Of a DNA stretch of 44,661 bases, positions 35,322 to 44,474 are shown piece by piece. A program made the position numbers and the translations under genes. The notes under the pieces are model-generated. The model was not told the DNA's origin and ran no database searches. It saw only the letters and a program-made list of their open reading frames with translations. This stretch comes from Escherichia phage HH3, in the sequence record PP759150. One strand, given 5' to 3'. Position 1 is the first letter of the stretch, and every line of letters starts with the position of its first letter.

Positions 35322-37612
35322 TATTTTCTGTACCTGTACATAATGTCGCCTTCCGCGGCAAGCGGGAAGCCTTTCGCCCAAACCGGCAGGTCGCACATCA
35401 GCGCGCACAACTCCTCAGTTGTGTAGTCGTCGGTATCCGGCACTTCGGTTATCAGTTCATCGTGTACGGACAGTACGATCTCATATCCCGCAGCTTCAAC
35501 GCCAGGCATGGACCATGCGAGGATATCGCGACACAGCGCCTGCACGATGTTCTCTGTCAGTTTGCCGCCGTAGGTGTACTGGGATCCCCACTGGCGCGTC
35601 GTCTGATTCTCACCCTGGTATTTAATGCGGGTGCTGGTGCGTTTCTTGCCGGTGTCGTCGTCGATCTCGGTCGTCACTGACAGCGCAATGCCTGGATAAC
35701 TCATAATACGCCCAGACGGCAACTCAATTTTCAACCACCACCCCGCGGCGTTCGGGTCGTCGCGTTCCTCGTCGAAGGTTGGGTCATGCTTCGCCTTCGT
35801 GCGGACTATCTTGAGCGCTTTCTTTCCATCCGGGCGAACGTTCGCTCCAGCCCAGTACGCTTTGCCCGGATTGCGGATTGCACACAACACCGCGTCCTCA
35901 AGCTCGGCCCAAAAAGCTACCGTCTTCGGGTGAGCCTCGCGCCACATGCGTTTAATCGCATCACACGTAAGCCATACGTTTTTCGGCAGTATGTAAGTCG
36001 GACGCTCGTCCTTCTTGCCCGGCTTCGGCGGGCGCTTAGCTTCGTTAATGCGGGCATACTCATAACCACGTTTCGCCGCGGCCCAAATGTGATCGGGGAA
36101 TGTGCCCTTCATCACGTCAGCCATCGCATAAAGGTCGAGGCCCAGGTTTTTAGCGAACTGCAAGAACGCCGCCACGCCGCCGCCATAGCCTAGTCCCAAC
36201 TCACACGCCTTACCGATCTGGCGTAAGTCTTTGCGGTTGGCTTTAATGTATTCCGGATCGAGGCCGAACATCTTACCGGCAGTCTCACAATAAATATCGC
36301 GACCGGCCCTAAACACCATTAGCGCGGTTTTCTCTCCAGCGATCCAGGCGAGGCCACGCCCTTCCACGTTGGAGTAGTCCGCCACGACAAACTTCTTACC
36401 CTTCGCCGGAATAATGCACCCGCGAACAGTCGAGGCTGTTAGCTTCGATATGTCATACGCCCAGTGCGCTGTCCCGCGTAACAGGGAGTTGATGCCGTTG
36501 GTGAGCATGTGCGACCGGACCCAAAAAGAAACGTCGCTCTCGCCTTCACGGCGTTTAATCTTCCCTTCGTGGTCATCACTATACTCGCCGCGTGCCAGGT
36601 TTTGCGGCTGGAAGCCTTTACCAGCCCAGCGCAGCGTGCGCTTTGCCCCACCATACTGAAGACAACCACGGCGGCGACCATCGGAAGACAGGCCATTTAC
36701 GAGCGGATTGTACTTAGTCGATGCCGTTGATGATGCCCCGAGGCGCATCTCGATAAGCACTTTGCCTTCGTCTGGGAAGTCCGGGTCTTCCAGCAGGTCG
36801 TTAAGTGTGGACTTCTGCGCGTTGTGGATCGTGAACGCAGGCGCGAGGTCGCGCAGCGCGGGCAAGAAGTCATTGCCGGTCAGCTTACCGCCGAAGCGCT
36901 CCCAGGCTTCTTCCTTCAATTCTTCTTTATGCGCCTGTACCGCTTTGATCGCGGCGTTCGCCAGATCAACGTCCACGTAGAAGCCGCGGTCGTTGATCAA
37001 CTGGTCAATAAGCAGGATTTCGTCTTCCTTCGGCGTGTTGCCCCAGTCCGGTATGCGCCAATAGACTTCCCTCATAGCGATGATATCCAACGCGGCATAG
37101 CGAAGGAATTTAGCCCACTCCTCTGGGTGCGTCTCGCGCGTGTAGCGGCGGATTTTGTAGGTCTTAGGGGTAGGCTTACAGAATCGTTTGATCAGCGCCT
37201 TGCCCGCCTTATCCTTCGCGTGCTCTGCATCAACGCCCAACACCTGACACTGCATATCGAGGCCGCCCGGCAACGCGTGCCGAAAGGCCATAATCATGGT
37301 GTCTTCGATCTGGCACACGGGGAGGTCAATGCCCCACTTCTCGCGAATAACCAGGCGGTCAAACAGGAGGCCGTTAGCCATCACGATTTTTGCTTTCTTG
37401 CGGGATACCCGGCGGAGCGCCTTGCGCAGTTCACGCGGCATTGTGGGGGACTCGGTGCAATCCCACGTTTGCACGCGGCCCTCGTCGATGGCGTATGTGC
37501 AAATCATAATCTCAGTAGTTGGGTGTTCCGCGTAGGCGTATGCGCCCACTTTCTTCAGATCCACCCCGCTAAATGTCTCGGTATCGAGAAACAGGCGTTC
37601 AAAGTCTTTCAT
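35321..37612 (-). CDS. DNA polymerase I (family A) with 3'-5' exonuclease domain, 763 aa
   Basis: Exo I motif FLDTET near N-terminus; C-terminal motif C region SVHDELI; size. Confidence 0.9.
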   Translation of the reverse strand: MKDFERLFLDTETFSGVDLKKVGAYAYAEHPTTEIMICTYAIDEGRVQTWDCTESPTMPRELRKALRRVSRKKAKIVMANGLLFDRLVIREKWGIDLPVCQIEDTMIMAFRHALPGGLDMQCQVLGVDAEHAKDKAGKALIKRFCKPTPKTYKIRRYTRETHPEEWAKFLRYAALDIIAMREVYWRIPDWGNTPKEDEILLIDQLINDRGFYVDVDLANAAIKAVQAHKEELKEEAWERFGGKLTGNDFLPALRDLAPAFTIHNAQKSTLNDLLEDPDFPDEGKVLIEMRLGASSTASTKYNPLVNGLSSDGRRRGCLQYGGAKRTLRWAGKGFQPQNLARGEYSDDHEGKIKRREGESDVSFWVRSHMLTNGINSLLRGTAHWAYDISKLTASTVRGCIIPAKGKKFVVADYSNVEGRGLAWIAGEKTALMVFRAGRDIYCETAGKMFGLDPEYIKANRKDLRQIGKACELGLGYGGGVAAFLQFAKNLGLDLYAMADVMKGTFPDHIWAAAKRGYEYARINEAKRPPKPGKKDERPTYILPKNVWLTCDAIKRMWREAHPKTVAFWAELEDAVLCAIRNPGKAYWAGANVRPDGKKALKIVRTKAKHDPTFDEERDDPNAAGWWLKIELPSGRIMSYPGIALSVTTEIDDDTGKKRTSTRIKYQGENQTTRQWGSQYTYGGKLTENIVQALCRDILAWSMPGVEAAGYEIVLSVHDELITEVPDTDDYTTEELCALMCDLPVWAKGFPLAAEGDIMYRYRK

Positions 37613-37779
37613 TGCTTAATCCTCACCACGGCGTCAGCACTGCCGATCATGGAGAAGATACCGTCGGAAAGGGTAATCTCCTCGCCGTTGTTGCGAATCT
37701 CGGCAACTGTGAAATATTCGCCCAGCATTTTGGACCATACTCGCATTCCGACTTTTACTTCGCTGGCTTTAATGCGCAT
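37609..37779 (-). CDS. small hypothetical protein (56 aa) coupled to Pol I
   Basis: Hand-translated; stop overlaps Pol I start (ATGA); RBS agga. Confidence 0.4.
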   Translation of the reverse strand: MRIKASEVKVGMRVWSKMLGEYFTVAEIRNNGEEITLSDGIFSMIGSADAVVRIKQ

Positions 37780-37795
37780 TTTTCATTGTCCTATT

Positions 37796-37817
37796 AAAAA
37801 GCCCGCATTAAGCGGGC
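37796..37817 (-). terminator. rho-independent terminator (minus strand)
   Basis: gcccgc-attaa-gcgggc with TTTTT on the minus strand. Confidence 0.65.
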
Positions 37818-37837
37818 TTGAATAGTGGGCTTTGCCC

Positions 37838-38626
37838 TTAACGGCGACGTTTACGCGGTGCTTTGTCTTCGTCGTCGTCGTCGTCGTCGTCGTCGTCCTC
37901 ATCTTCGTCATCGCGTGGCTTACGACGTTTGCGAGGTGTTTCATCATCGTCGTCATCGCGGCGCTTGGACTTTTTGGACTTGCGCGGCTTGTCGTCTTCA
38001 TCATCGTCATCGCGACGTTTTGACTTTTTGGACTTGCGCGGGCTTTCATCTTCGTCATCGTCGCCCAGGTCCTCGTCCGAGCAAGAAGACCCGCCACCGC
38101 CGAAGGCTTCACCGTCATCACGGAAGCGTAACCCCAGCAAGCCCGCACCGAGTCCCTTGCCGTTGGTATTGTTCCACGCCCAAATATCCAGGGACACGTT
38201 GCAATAACAACCGGAGTAGATCTCCTGGCCTTCAATCTCGTCGCCTTCTACGGTCAGACCCTGTTCGGTCTGCTTCTCGCCGAGTGACGTTTGAATGATC
38301 GGCTGTTTGAACGATTTGGCGTTGATGTACAACATGCCTTCGAATTCTTCGGTTACTTCGTCGCGCTCGTCACCGTCGCGAACTGCGCATTCCTTAGAAT
38401 CCTGGGCGTAGTGGCGGTCCATCCACTTATCAGCATTCTTCTCGGATTTCAGCTTGTCGGTGAGCACTGCGCGCGCTGCCGCTTCCACTTTGTCCACCTG
38501 CGGATCTTCTTTATCAAGAAGAATCACTGCACGGTATGCCGGTTTTTGTCCATCCTGTTTAGGGGTATCGCGCTCCCAAATTTTAAGGAAACATACGCGC
38601 ACATTTTTCAGGTTGACTTTAGCCAT
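37838..38626 (-). CDS. putative ssDNA-binding protein (gp2.5-like / DUF2815-like) with C-terminal poly-Asp and Lys/Arg-rich tandem repeats
   Basis: N-terminus MAKVNLKNVRVCF; position between Cas4-like nuclease and Pol I (a module order I recall as common in phages); start at ATG 38626 with RBS gaggaa. Confidence 0.5.
   Translation of the reverse strand: MAKVNLKNVRVCFLKIWERDTPKQDGQKPAYRAVILLDKEDPQVDKVEAAARAVLTDKLKSEKNADKWMDRHYAQDSKECAVRDGDERDEVTEEFEGMLYINAKSFKQPIIQTSLGEKQTEQGLTVEGDEIEGQEIYSGCYCNVSLDIWAWNNTNGKGLGAGLLGLRFRDDGEAFGGGGSSCSDEDLGDDDEDESPRKSKKSKRRDDDDEDDKPRKSKKSKRRDDDDDETPRKRRKPRDDEDEDDDDDDDDDEDKAPRKRRR
37857..38070. repeat. In-frame tandem repeat (about 57-bp unit x2 plus GAC/GTC triplet run) inside the SSB-like gene
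   Basis: cgtcgtcgtcgtc run and duplicated ...gactttttggacttgcgcgg... unit. Confidence 0.7.
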
Positions 38627-38716
38627 TTTCCAATTCCTCATTCTCGCATGTATCGGGGTTATTATGAGCCACCCCGTTCGGCTTGGTTGCTAATCTACTT
38701 GGTTGCGCCTGGGTGG

Positions 38717-38959
38717 TCAAGCATTTTCATTAAAAAGATTTCGGGTCACGTAGTTGGTGGCGTTCTCGACCCAGCTTAGCGGCGGGCGTTCGATGTTCTT
38801 TTCCACCCAATAGACGGCAGCTTCGCTATAGCCGTCGTCCAGCCAGCGGGTCGGGTGGCGAATCATCCAGGCCACCATTAACACGCCTTGCACACAATGC
38901 AGGATAAAGCCCAGTGCGCCGAGCAAAAACATCAATAAGATTGCGAATACTTTATTCAT
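38717..38959 (-). CDS. small membrane protein (80 aa)
   Basis: Two hydrophobic segments FAILLMFLLGALGFIL and VLMVAWMI. Confidence 0.5.
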   Translation of the reverse strand: MNKVFAILLMFLLGALGFILHCVQGVLMVAWMIRHPTRWLDDGYSEAAVYWVEKNIERPPLSWVENATNYVTRNLFNENA

Positions 38960-40382
38960 TGCTTAAGTCCTCGTCTGTAGCTTCCGACCACGCAGGGCGC
39001 GGGTCGTCGATTGGTGCTAACACAGGTTTAGCGGGTGCGCGTGTGATTTTAGCACACAGCTTCGCCCACACTTTCGGTTTTTCGTCCTTCAGCACCTTCT
39101 CGGCATCTGTCGGGCTGAGCAATGTTTCTTTGTACATCACATCGCGCTTGATCCGGGCCTTCGTGAATATTTCAATCACTTCGCTCTCGTCCGCCCACTT
39201 ACGGATCCCTTCCTTACCGGCAACCATCTTAAGGCCCAACGATTCGCCATCGCCCGCCATGACCGCCTTGAATACCGCGGATTCGATAGCTTTGATGTGC
39301 TGGCGCATTGCGTCAAGTCCTTCATAAGCCTTGCGCAGTTCCGCCGCGCTCATAGCGCCTGGGGTGGATTCCTTCTTGCCCCGTTTAGCACGTCGGGCAG
39401 CCTTCCGGGCTTCGCGGGCCATATTGCGGTCGTGGTTGGCGCACTCTTCCTCGGTTGCCACGCTCACGTCGTCGCCCAGGTCTTCGTCGGTTGCCGTTGG
39501 TGGCGTCATCGTGTCGATTGCGGCCTTCGCCCGGATGCTGCACTGGTCCGCAAATCTGCACCACTGGCACGCATCGACGCTGGGCCGGAAGTCGGCGCGG
39601 GTTAGTCCCTTCTTGCCGCGGGCGTATGCATCGAGCGCGGCGATAGCACGCTTGGACGCAAACGTCGCGAATATCTCCAGCGCTTCCACTGAGATATCCC
39701 ACTCTGACGCCCCGCCGCAATACGGCTGGAAGATGACCAGGCGCACGGTCGTAATGTCATACATGGTTTGCAGCTTGCGCAGCAGTCCGAGCGCGTACAA
39801 CATAAGCTGTTTGTTTTCTTTCGCCTCGACCTTATGCCGCCCGGTCTTCAGGTCGCCAACAATCAGCATGTACGTGCCATCGGTCTTCTTCGTGACCATG
39901 ACCATATCGGCAGTGCCGAACGTCTTAACCTTGTTACCGTCGATCTCGACTCCTGGGTGGAGGACGCGGGTGAGATCGGCGCGCATCTCAAGCTGGACAA
40001 ACTCCGCCACTTCGAGGAGCGGTCGCCAGTGGTCGATGTACGCGTCGCACTGTTTCACCATATCGTCGTTGACCAGTACGCCGCCTTTCGGTGCTTTCGG
40101 GTGCGCCTTTACTGGCCCCTTGCCTTCATTCTCGACGTAACACCCTTTATACGTCTTTGCTGTTATCAGCTTTTCACCGGCGATAATGCGGTTTAGCACC
40201 ACTTCAGATACGGTGTGCATACTCGTACCATTAATCGCGGCCTGTCCTGATTCGTTCGGGATATCTTTTTCGACCACCAGGGCGGCGGGACACCCCATCC
40301 ATTTTTTAGCACCGGATGGGCCAAGTAATGAGTGTTCCGTATTGCTACCGGATTGCGTTTTACGTTTTGGTTTAATCGCCAT
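38952..40382 (-). CDS. PD-(D/E)xK exonuclease, Cas4/RecB-like (DUF2800-like), 476 aa
   Basis: N-terminal HSLLGPSGAKKWMGCP signature; C-terminal Cys cluster CQWCRFADQC. Confidence 0.65.
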   Translation of the reverse strand: MAIKPKRKTQSGSNTEHSLLGPSGAKKWMGCPAALVVEKDIPNESGQAAINGTSMHTVSEVVLNRIIAGEKLITAKTYKGCYVENEGKGPVKAHPKAPKGGVLVNDDMVKQCDAYIDHWRPLLEVAEFVQLEMRADLTRVLHPGVEIDGNKVKTFGTADMVMVTKKTDGTYMLIVGDLKTGRHKVEAKENKQLMLYALGLLRKLQTMYDITTVRLVIFQPYCGGASEWDISVEALEIFATFASKRAIAALDAYARGKKGLTRADFRPSVDACQWCRFADQCSIRAKAAIDTMTPPTATDEDLGDDVSVATEEECANHDRNMAREARKAARRAKRGKKESTPGAMSAAELRKAYEGLDAMRQHIKAIESAVFKAVMAGDGESLGLKMVAGKEGIRKWADESEVIEIFTKARIKRDVMYKETLLSPTDAEKVLKDEKPKVWAKLCAKITRAPAKPVLAPIDDPRPAWSEATDEDLSNE

Positions 40383-40570
40383 TATTCCACCCTTGAAAAC
40401 TGAGCAATGTAATAGTCATGTTTAACACCGGCCCGCTTCGCGGCTTCGTTCATGGTAGCCGCCAAACCTCTGGCTTGAGTCCAGCAGCAATTCCAGTTCT
40501 GATTCATAACGATTTCTGGTTGCGCATCGCCGGTAATACGGCAGCGAAATAAAACGAAAAATATAGCCAT
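40382..40570 (-). CDS. hypothetical protein (62 aa)
   Basis: RBS gggaga. Confidence 0.4.
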   Translation of the reverse strand: MAIFFVLFRCRITGDAQPEIVMNQNWNCCWTQARGLAATMNEAAKRAGVKHDYYIAQFSRVE

Positions 40571-40822
40571 TTATTTTGTCTCCCAGCGGTCAATTGTTTT
40601 TGCTTCGGATGCAACGGCGAAACGAACATATTCCGGATTTGAATCCGCCCAAATATAAAAGTCTGGATTGGTAAATGTGGTGCGCTTAATTTGCGCGGGG
40701 GTGTTACGGCGTTTATCTATTACGGCAACGCGTGACTGAAAGCTGCCGATACGTTCGAATAGCCAATAATATGGGCGCTGGTCGCGGGAATCCACCGCCT
40801 CGATTAGCGTGAAGCGTGCCAT
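40571..40822 (-). CDS. hypothetical protein (83 aa)
   Basis: RBS gaggacgag; follows terminator. Confidence 0.45.
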   Translation of the reverse strand: MARFTLIEAVDSRDQRPYYWLFERIGSFQSRVAVIDKRRNTPAQIKRTTFTNPDFYIWADSNPEYVRFAVASEAKTIDRWETK

Positions 40823-40833
40823 TGTCTCGTCCT

Positions 40834-40862
40834 CTAAAAAGAGGCCCGCAGATTAGCGGGCC
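40834..40862 (-). terminator. rho-independent terminator (minus strand) after the first early gene
   Basis: ggcccgc-taatct-gcgggcc followed by TCTTTTT on the minus strand. Confidence 0.65.
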
Positions 40863-40870
40863 GTATAATA

Positions 40871-41386
40871 TTAGTCTTCCAGTTCGAAATAGGTTTCTAC
40901 GATTTCTTTAAGTTCTGTGTGGAAGTCCGCCACGTCGTCGTCTTCCAGTTTAGCGATTGATTTGATCTCGAACGATTCCAGCAGGTCGTCGAATTCGTCG
41001 TTCGCATCGTCATCATCACCGCCTGCGATAATCGCGGCATACTGTTTGATCTCGTCGCGCATCTCCGCCAGCGGATCGGCATCTTTCTCACCTTTGCCTT
41101 TCGCTGGTGCTTTTTTACCCTTCGCCGGTTTTTCGTCTTCGGCGTCATCCTCGTCGTCATCATCCTCTACGACTTCTTTTTTGGCCTTACCTTTCGCCGG
41201 GGCTTTTTTGGTTTTCGCTGGTGCTTCGTCTTCAGCGTCGTCATCTTCTACGACTTCTTTTTTGGCCTTAGACGGCTTTTTATCTTCCTGCTTACCAACG
41301 GCAGCGCCAACGGTTTCATAATGTTTAGCGATGATTTCCAGTGCTACTACGCCGCGAGTGATCAGGTTTACGATTTGCTCAAACAT
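40871..41386 (-). CDS. highly acidic early protein with tandem mixed-charge repeats (171 aa), candidate DNA mimic
   Basis: Start ATG 41386 with RBS ggag; repeats EVVEDDDAEDE...PAKGKAKK; first gene downstream of the leftward early promoter. Confidence 0.55.
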   Translation of the reverse strand: MFEQIVNLITRGVVALEIIAKHYETVGAAVGKQEDKKPSKAKKEVVEDDDAEDEAPAKTKKAPAKGKAKKEVVEDDDDEDDAEDEKPAKGKKAPAKGKGEKDADPLAEMRDEIKQYAAIIAGGDDDDANDEFDDLLESFEIKSIAKLEDDDVADFHTELKEIVETYFELED

Positions 41387-41789
41387 GGTATATCTCCGAT
41401 TGGTTAAGTTTAGGTGTCGACAGTTAACTTCGTCGGTGGCCTTAACATAGTGCCTGGTTGCGCGTTCTCCCTTTCGGGTAGTGGACCAGGTTATATAATC
41501 ACGGTTGGGAATCCTGACACTTCGATCCGGCCCCTGCGTTGCCCCTCTCCAGTTTGCGTCCTGCATCCTGTCGACGGGGTGAATAATAGATTGGTTGCAG
41601 GATAGGTGTCAACAACTAATTTCAAAAAAAAAAGCGCCGAAGCAAAATGCGACGGCGCTAACCAATAAGAGACAATGAGACGGGAGTATTATTACACGCG
41701 TGCGCGCCCGTTTCAATATCCCAAAGGATTTGACACCTTGCGGTTTTAGGTGTAGTTTCGTTGGTCATTAACCAACTGGGGGCAGAGCA
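41387..41789. promoter_or_regulatory. Divergent early control region: leftward promoter (TTGACA at 41612-41607, TATTAT at 41589-41584, 9-mer in the spacer), rightward promoter (TTGACA 41730-41735, TAGTTT 41753-41758), GTCGAC-containing inverted repeats
   Basis: Hexamers read directly; region separates divergently transcribed replication genes. Confidence 0.5.
41623..41659 (-). terminator. rho-independent terminator on the minus strand inside the control region
   Basis: agcgccg-13 nt loop-cggcgct followed by ten T on the minus strand. Confidence 0.6.
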
Positions 41790-42119
41790 ATGAATGTAAA
41801 CGACGCAATCGAAATGTTAACGAAGACTGTTAGCAGTGAAACAAGCCGGTCCTGGGCTTATACCGATGCCGTTGGGGCGGTGTTATTTGAGGTCGAGCGC
41901 CTGCGCAGTGTAGAAAAAGAATTACGCGCCAGGCTGGAATTGCTCAACGGTACGGCGGCGAGCAAGCTACAAAAACACAATGAAGAAATGGAAGAATACA
42001 AAAAACAGGTTATCCGTTTACGTGATGAGGGGAAGTCATGGGCAATGATCGCGGAGTTGACAGGAATTAATCAGAGCACCGTGCGATCCTGGGTACGCAA
42101 TAACAAAACTTCTAAGTAA
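41790..42119 (+). CDS. HTH DNA-binding protein (109 aa), candidate transcription regulator
   Basis: C-terminal helix-turn-helix-like WAMIAELTGINQSTVRSW; first gene of the rightward early operon. Confidence 0.55.
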   Translation: MNVNDAIEMLTKTVSSETSRSWAYTDAVGAVLFEVERLRSVEKELRARLELLNGTAASKLQKHNEEMEEYKKQVIRLRDEGKSWAMIAELTGINQSTVRSWVRNNKTSK

Positions 42120-42129
42120 GGCCACGGCA

Positions 42130-44394
42130 ATGAGCTTAATTAAATTCGCTGTAACACGACCCGCTAAAAAAGGCGAAAAAGCCAGGGCGGAAAACTTCCA
42201 GATGACAACTGATGAATTTTTCGAATTTATCAATGACGCGAAAGAAATCTCATCGGTGCACATCAACAAGACCGAGGATAAAGCCGAGTATGCGCGCCGC
42301 AAGCGCAAGGCCGATGGCATCGTGGCATATACCAGTGACGGCCTACGCCGTAAGACCAGCGCGGTGGACCGCTCGATCCTGTTCTTTGATATTGACCGCA
42401 CCGACACTCGCACCTTGCGCCGCTGCCGTAAGGCTTTCATCGACGCGGGCCTGGAACACGTATTCCACACCACAACCGGCGACCGTCACCCACTGAAAGG
42501 CGGCACGCGTTGCGCCCGTTTCCTGGTGTTGACGGACAAGCCTGTCCCGGCGGAAGACCTGGGCCGTGTCCAGTATGCGCTATTACACCAACTTGGTCTG
42601 TCAGATGTGGACTTCGACGATTGCACGAAAGACACAAACCGCCTGATGTACCTGCCGCACCAGCAATCGGTTATTAAGTGCCACTACGGCAAACGTGCCA
42701 ATGTGCGGCGTCTGCTCCGCCTGGCGGACAAGCTGGGGGTGGAGAAAGAGGAAGTACGCCGCGAACTAACCCAGGGCGACGACGAAGTGGCTGACGGCAT
42801 TCTTGATTGGTGCTTTCAGGCTGGATTCGAGCCACTATCGTCCGGGCGTGGCTATGAAGTGCCGTGTCCGAACGAACATCTGCACAGCGGCGAAGGGTCG
42901 ACGGCTATCATGGTCAAGGATGGCGAGATCCGTTTCAAGTGTATGCACACCGGAAACGAGTGTTGCTCGGAACTGAACCGACACCAGCACCTGGCGCTAC
43001 GTCTTATCGGGATCCCGGACCACCTGAACGTCGAGCCACACAATATGTCCCGTAAGCAAATCGCCGCCATCCTGCCAGGTCTGGACGACGAGGAAGTCGA
43101 ATCCTTATATGATCACATTGTTGATGCGGTTGGCGACGGCGAAGAATATGGCGTGTGCACCGATGCGGATCTGGATAACGAGCCGGTTGCGCTGTTCAGT
43201 AAGCACGACCCGATCATCGAAGGTCTGATTAACTTCAAATCGACCTGGTATATGGCGGGCGAGTCGAACATCGGCAAGTCCTTCTATGTGCTGGGGCAGA
43301 TGGGCGCGGTTGCCGCGGGTATCCCGTTTGGCGGTGCGAAGGTCGTCCAGTCTCATTGCTTCTATTTCGACGCGGAAGGCGGCGAAGCCTCCAACCAGCG
43401 CAAAGAAGCATTGCAGATTAAATACGAGCACGACCTCGACAAGCTGCACATTATCGATCTGCAGTCACGCGGATGGGATATCACCAGCAAGTCCGGTTTG
43501 CGCGAAGTTATCAGCTATATCAACCGCACTGCTAACGGCGAGCCGGTCGGCCTGGTGGCGTTCGACTCACTCAACCAGACTGTTGCGCTGCGGTCCGCCG
43601 AGGCTAAACCGTTCGACGAGAACAACGCCAGCGATATGGGTGAAGTAGTCAAAGCGCTGAAAGCCATTGCGGAAAACACGGGCGGCAGTGCGGGCGTCAT
43701 CCACCACCCGGCGAAGGGTGCAAACGGCAGCAGATCCCCGCGTGGGTCCGGTGCGCTTCATGGCGCTGTCGATTCCGCTTTCTTCCTGGAACAGCCGGAC
43801 GACAACCAGCCGGGGCAATTGAACCTTTATCACGAAAAGTCACGTAACGGCATCAAGCAAGCGCCGCGTGGCTTCGTCCTGCTCAAGTGCAAGGTGGCGG
43901 TAGATCTCCGCAAGTCAGAAGCGTTCGCGTCGCACCAGTCCACCAGCACCGGGCCAGACTTCGGTGACGTAGTTGCTGGTTGGGACGTCAAACCAATTGC
44001 GTCCACCCCGCGCGACGAGACTTTATACCTCGTACCGGTCGCCCTGGCACCGTTCGCTATAGAACAGGCGAAGGCCGCAGGAAAAGCCGCAGTTAAGGAA
44101 GAGAACACCGCCGGACCGCGCACCGAAAAAGAGAAAGTGCTTTATGCGGCCCTGGAAAAACTGATGGAAGATAACCCGGACCATACTGGTTTCAGTAAAT
44201 CGGCAATCGTCCGCCAGGCGGGACTCGCAAAGGGTGGCACTTCGACGAAGGCAATAGACGATATGGTCGAGCGCGGCGTGATTGGTTTCTATACAGACCC
44301 GCACACCGGGGCCATATATGGGTCATCGAATTTAGTCATTAAATCGGATATCCCCATTACACTTTCTGCGACCGATGACGACCTGAAAGATTAA
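42130..44394 (+). CDS. primase-helicase (AEP-type primase-like N-terminus, zinc-binding region, P-loop ATPase C-terminus), 754 aa
   Basis: LFFDIDRTD acidic motif, Cys cluster CPNEHLHSGEGS...CMHTGNECC, Walker A GESNIGKS, Walker B LVAFDSLNQ. Confidence 0.7.
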   Translation: MSLIKFAVTRPAKKGEKARAENFQMTTDEFFEFINDAKEISSVHINKTEDKAEYARRKRKADGIVAYTSDGLRRKTSAVDRSILFFDIDRTDTRTLRRCRKAFIDAGLEHVFHTTTGDRHPLKGGTRCARFLVLTDKPVPAEDLGRVQYALLHQLGLSDVDFDDCTKDTNRLMYLPHQQSVIKCHYGKRANVRRLLRLADKLGVEKEEVRRELTQGDDEVADGILDWCFQAGFEPLSSGRGYEVPCPNEHLHSGEGSTAIMVKDGEIRFKCMHTGNECCSELNRHQHLALRLIGIPDHLNVEPHNMSRKQIAAILPGLDDEEVESLYDHIVDAVGDGEEYGVCTDADLDNEPVALFSKHDPIIEGLINFKSTWYMAGESNIGKSFYVLGQMGAVAAGIPFGGAKVVQSHCFYFDAEGGEASNQRKEALQIKYEHDLDKLHIIDLQSRGWDITSKSGLREVISYINRTANGEPVGLVAFDSLNQTVALRSAEAKPFDENNASDMGEVVKALKAIAENTGGSAGVIHHPAKGANGSRSPRGSGALHGAVDSAFFLEQPDDNQPGQLNLYHEKSRNGIKQAPRGFVLLKCKVAVDLRKSEAFASHQSTSTGPDFGDVVAGWDVKPIASTPRDETLYLVPVALAPFAIEQAKAAGKAAVKEENTAGPRTEKEKVLYAALEKLMEDNPDHTGFSKSAIVRQAGLAKGGTSTKAIDDMVERGVIGFYTDPHTGAIYGSSNLVIKSDIPITLSATDDDLKD

Positions 44395-44407
44395 ATTTTG
44401 CGCGCAT

Positions 44408-44468
44408 TGGTTGCCATTTTGAGTGTTTTTAGCCGGTCGCATTGGTTGCCGTGTAGTGTAAATATAAT
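44408..44468 (+). promoter_or_regulatory. Two direct CATTGGTTGCC copies followed by a consensus TATAAT hexamer
   Basis: ttggttgcc at 44408-44416 and 44442-44450, tataat at 44463-44468. Confidence 0.45.
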
Positions 44469-44474
44469 GCATAG

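Noticed and set aside
37832-38207. Plus-strand ORFs encoding poly-Val (37832-38023) and poly-Ser (37863-38207) proteins
   Set aside because: They are antisense or frame-shifted readings of the tandem GAC/GTC repeat inside the minus-strand SSB-like gene.
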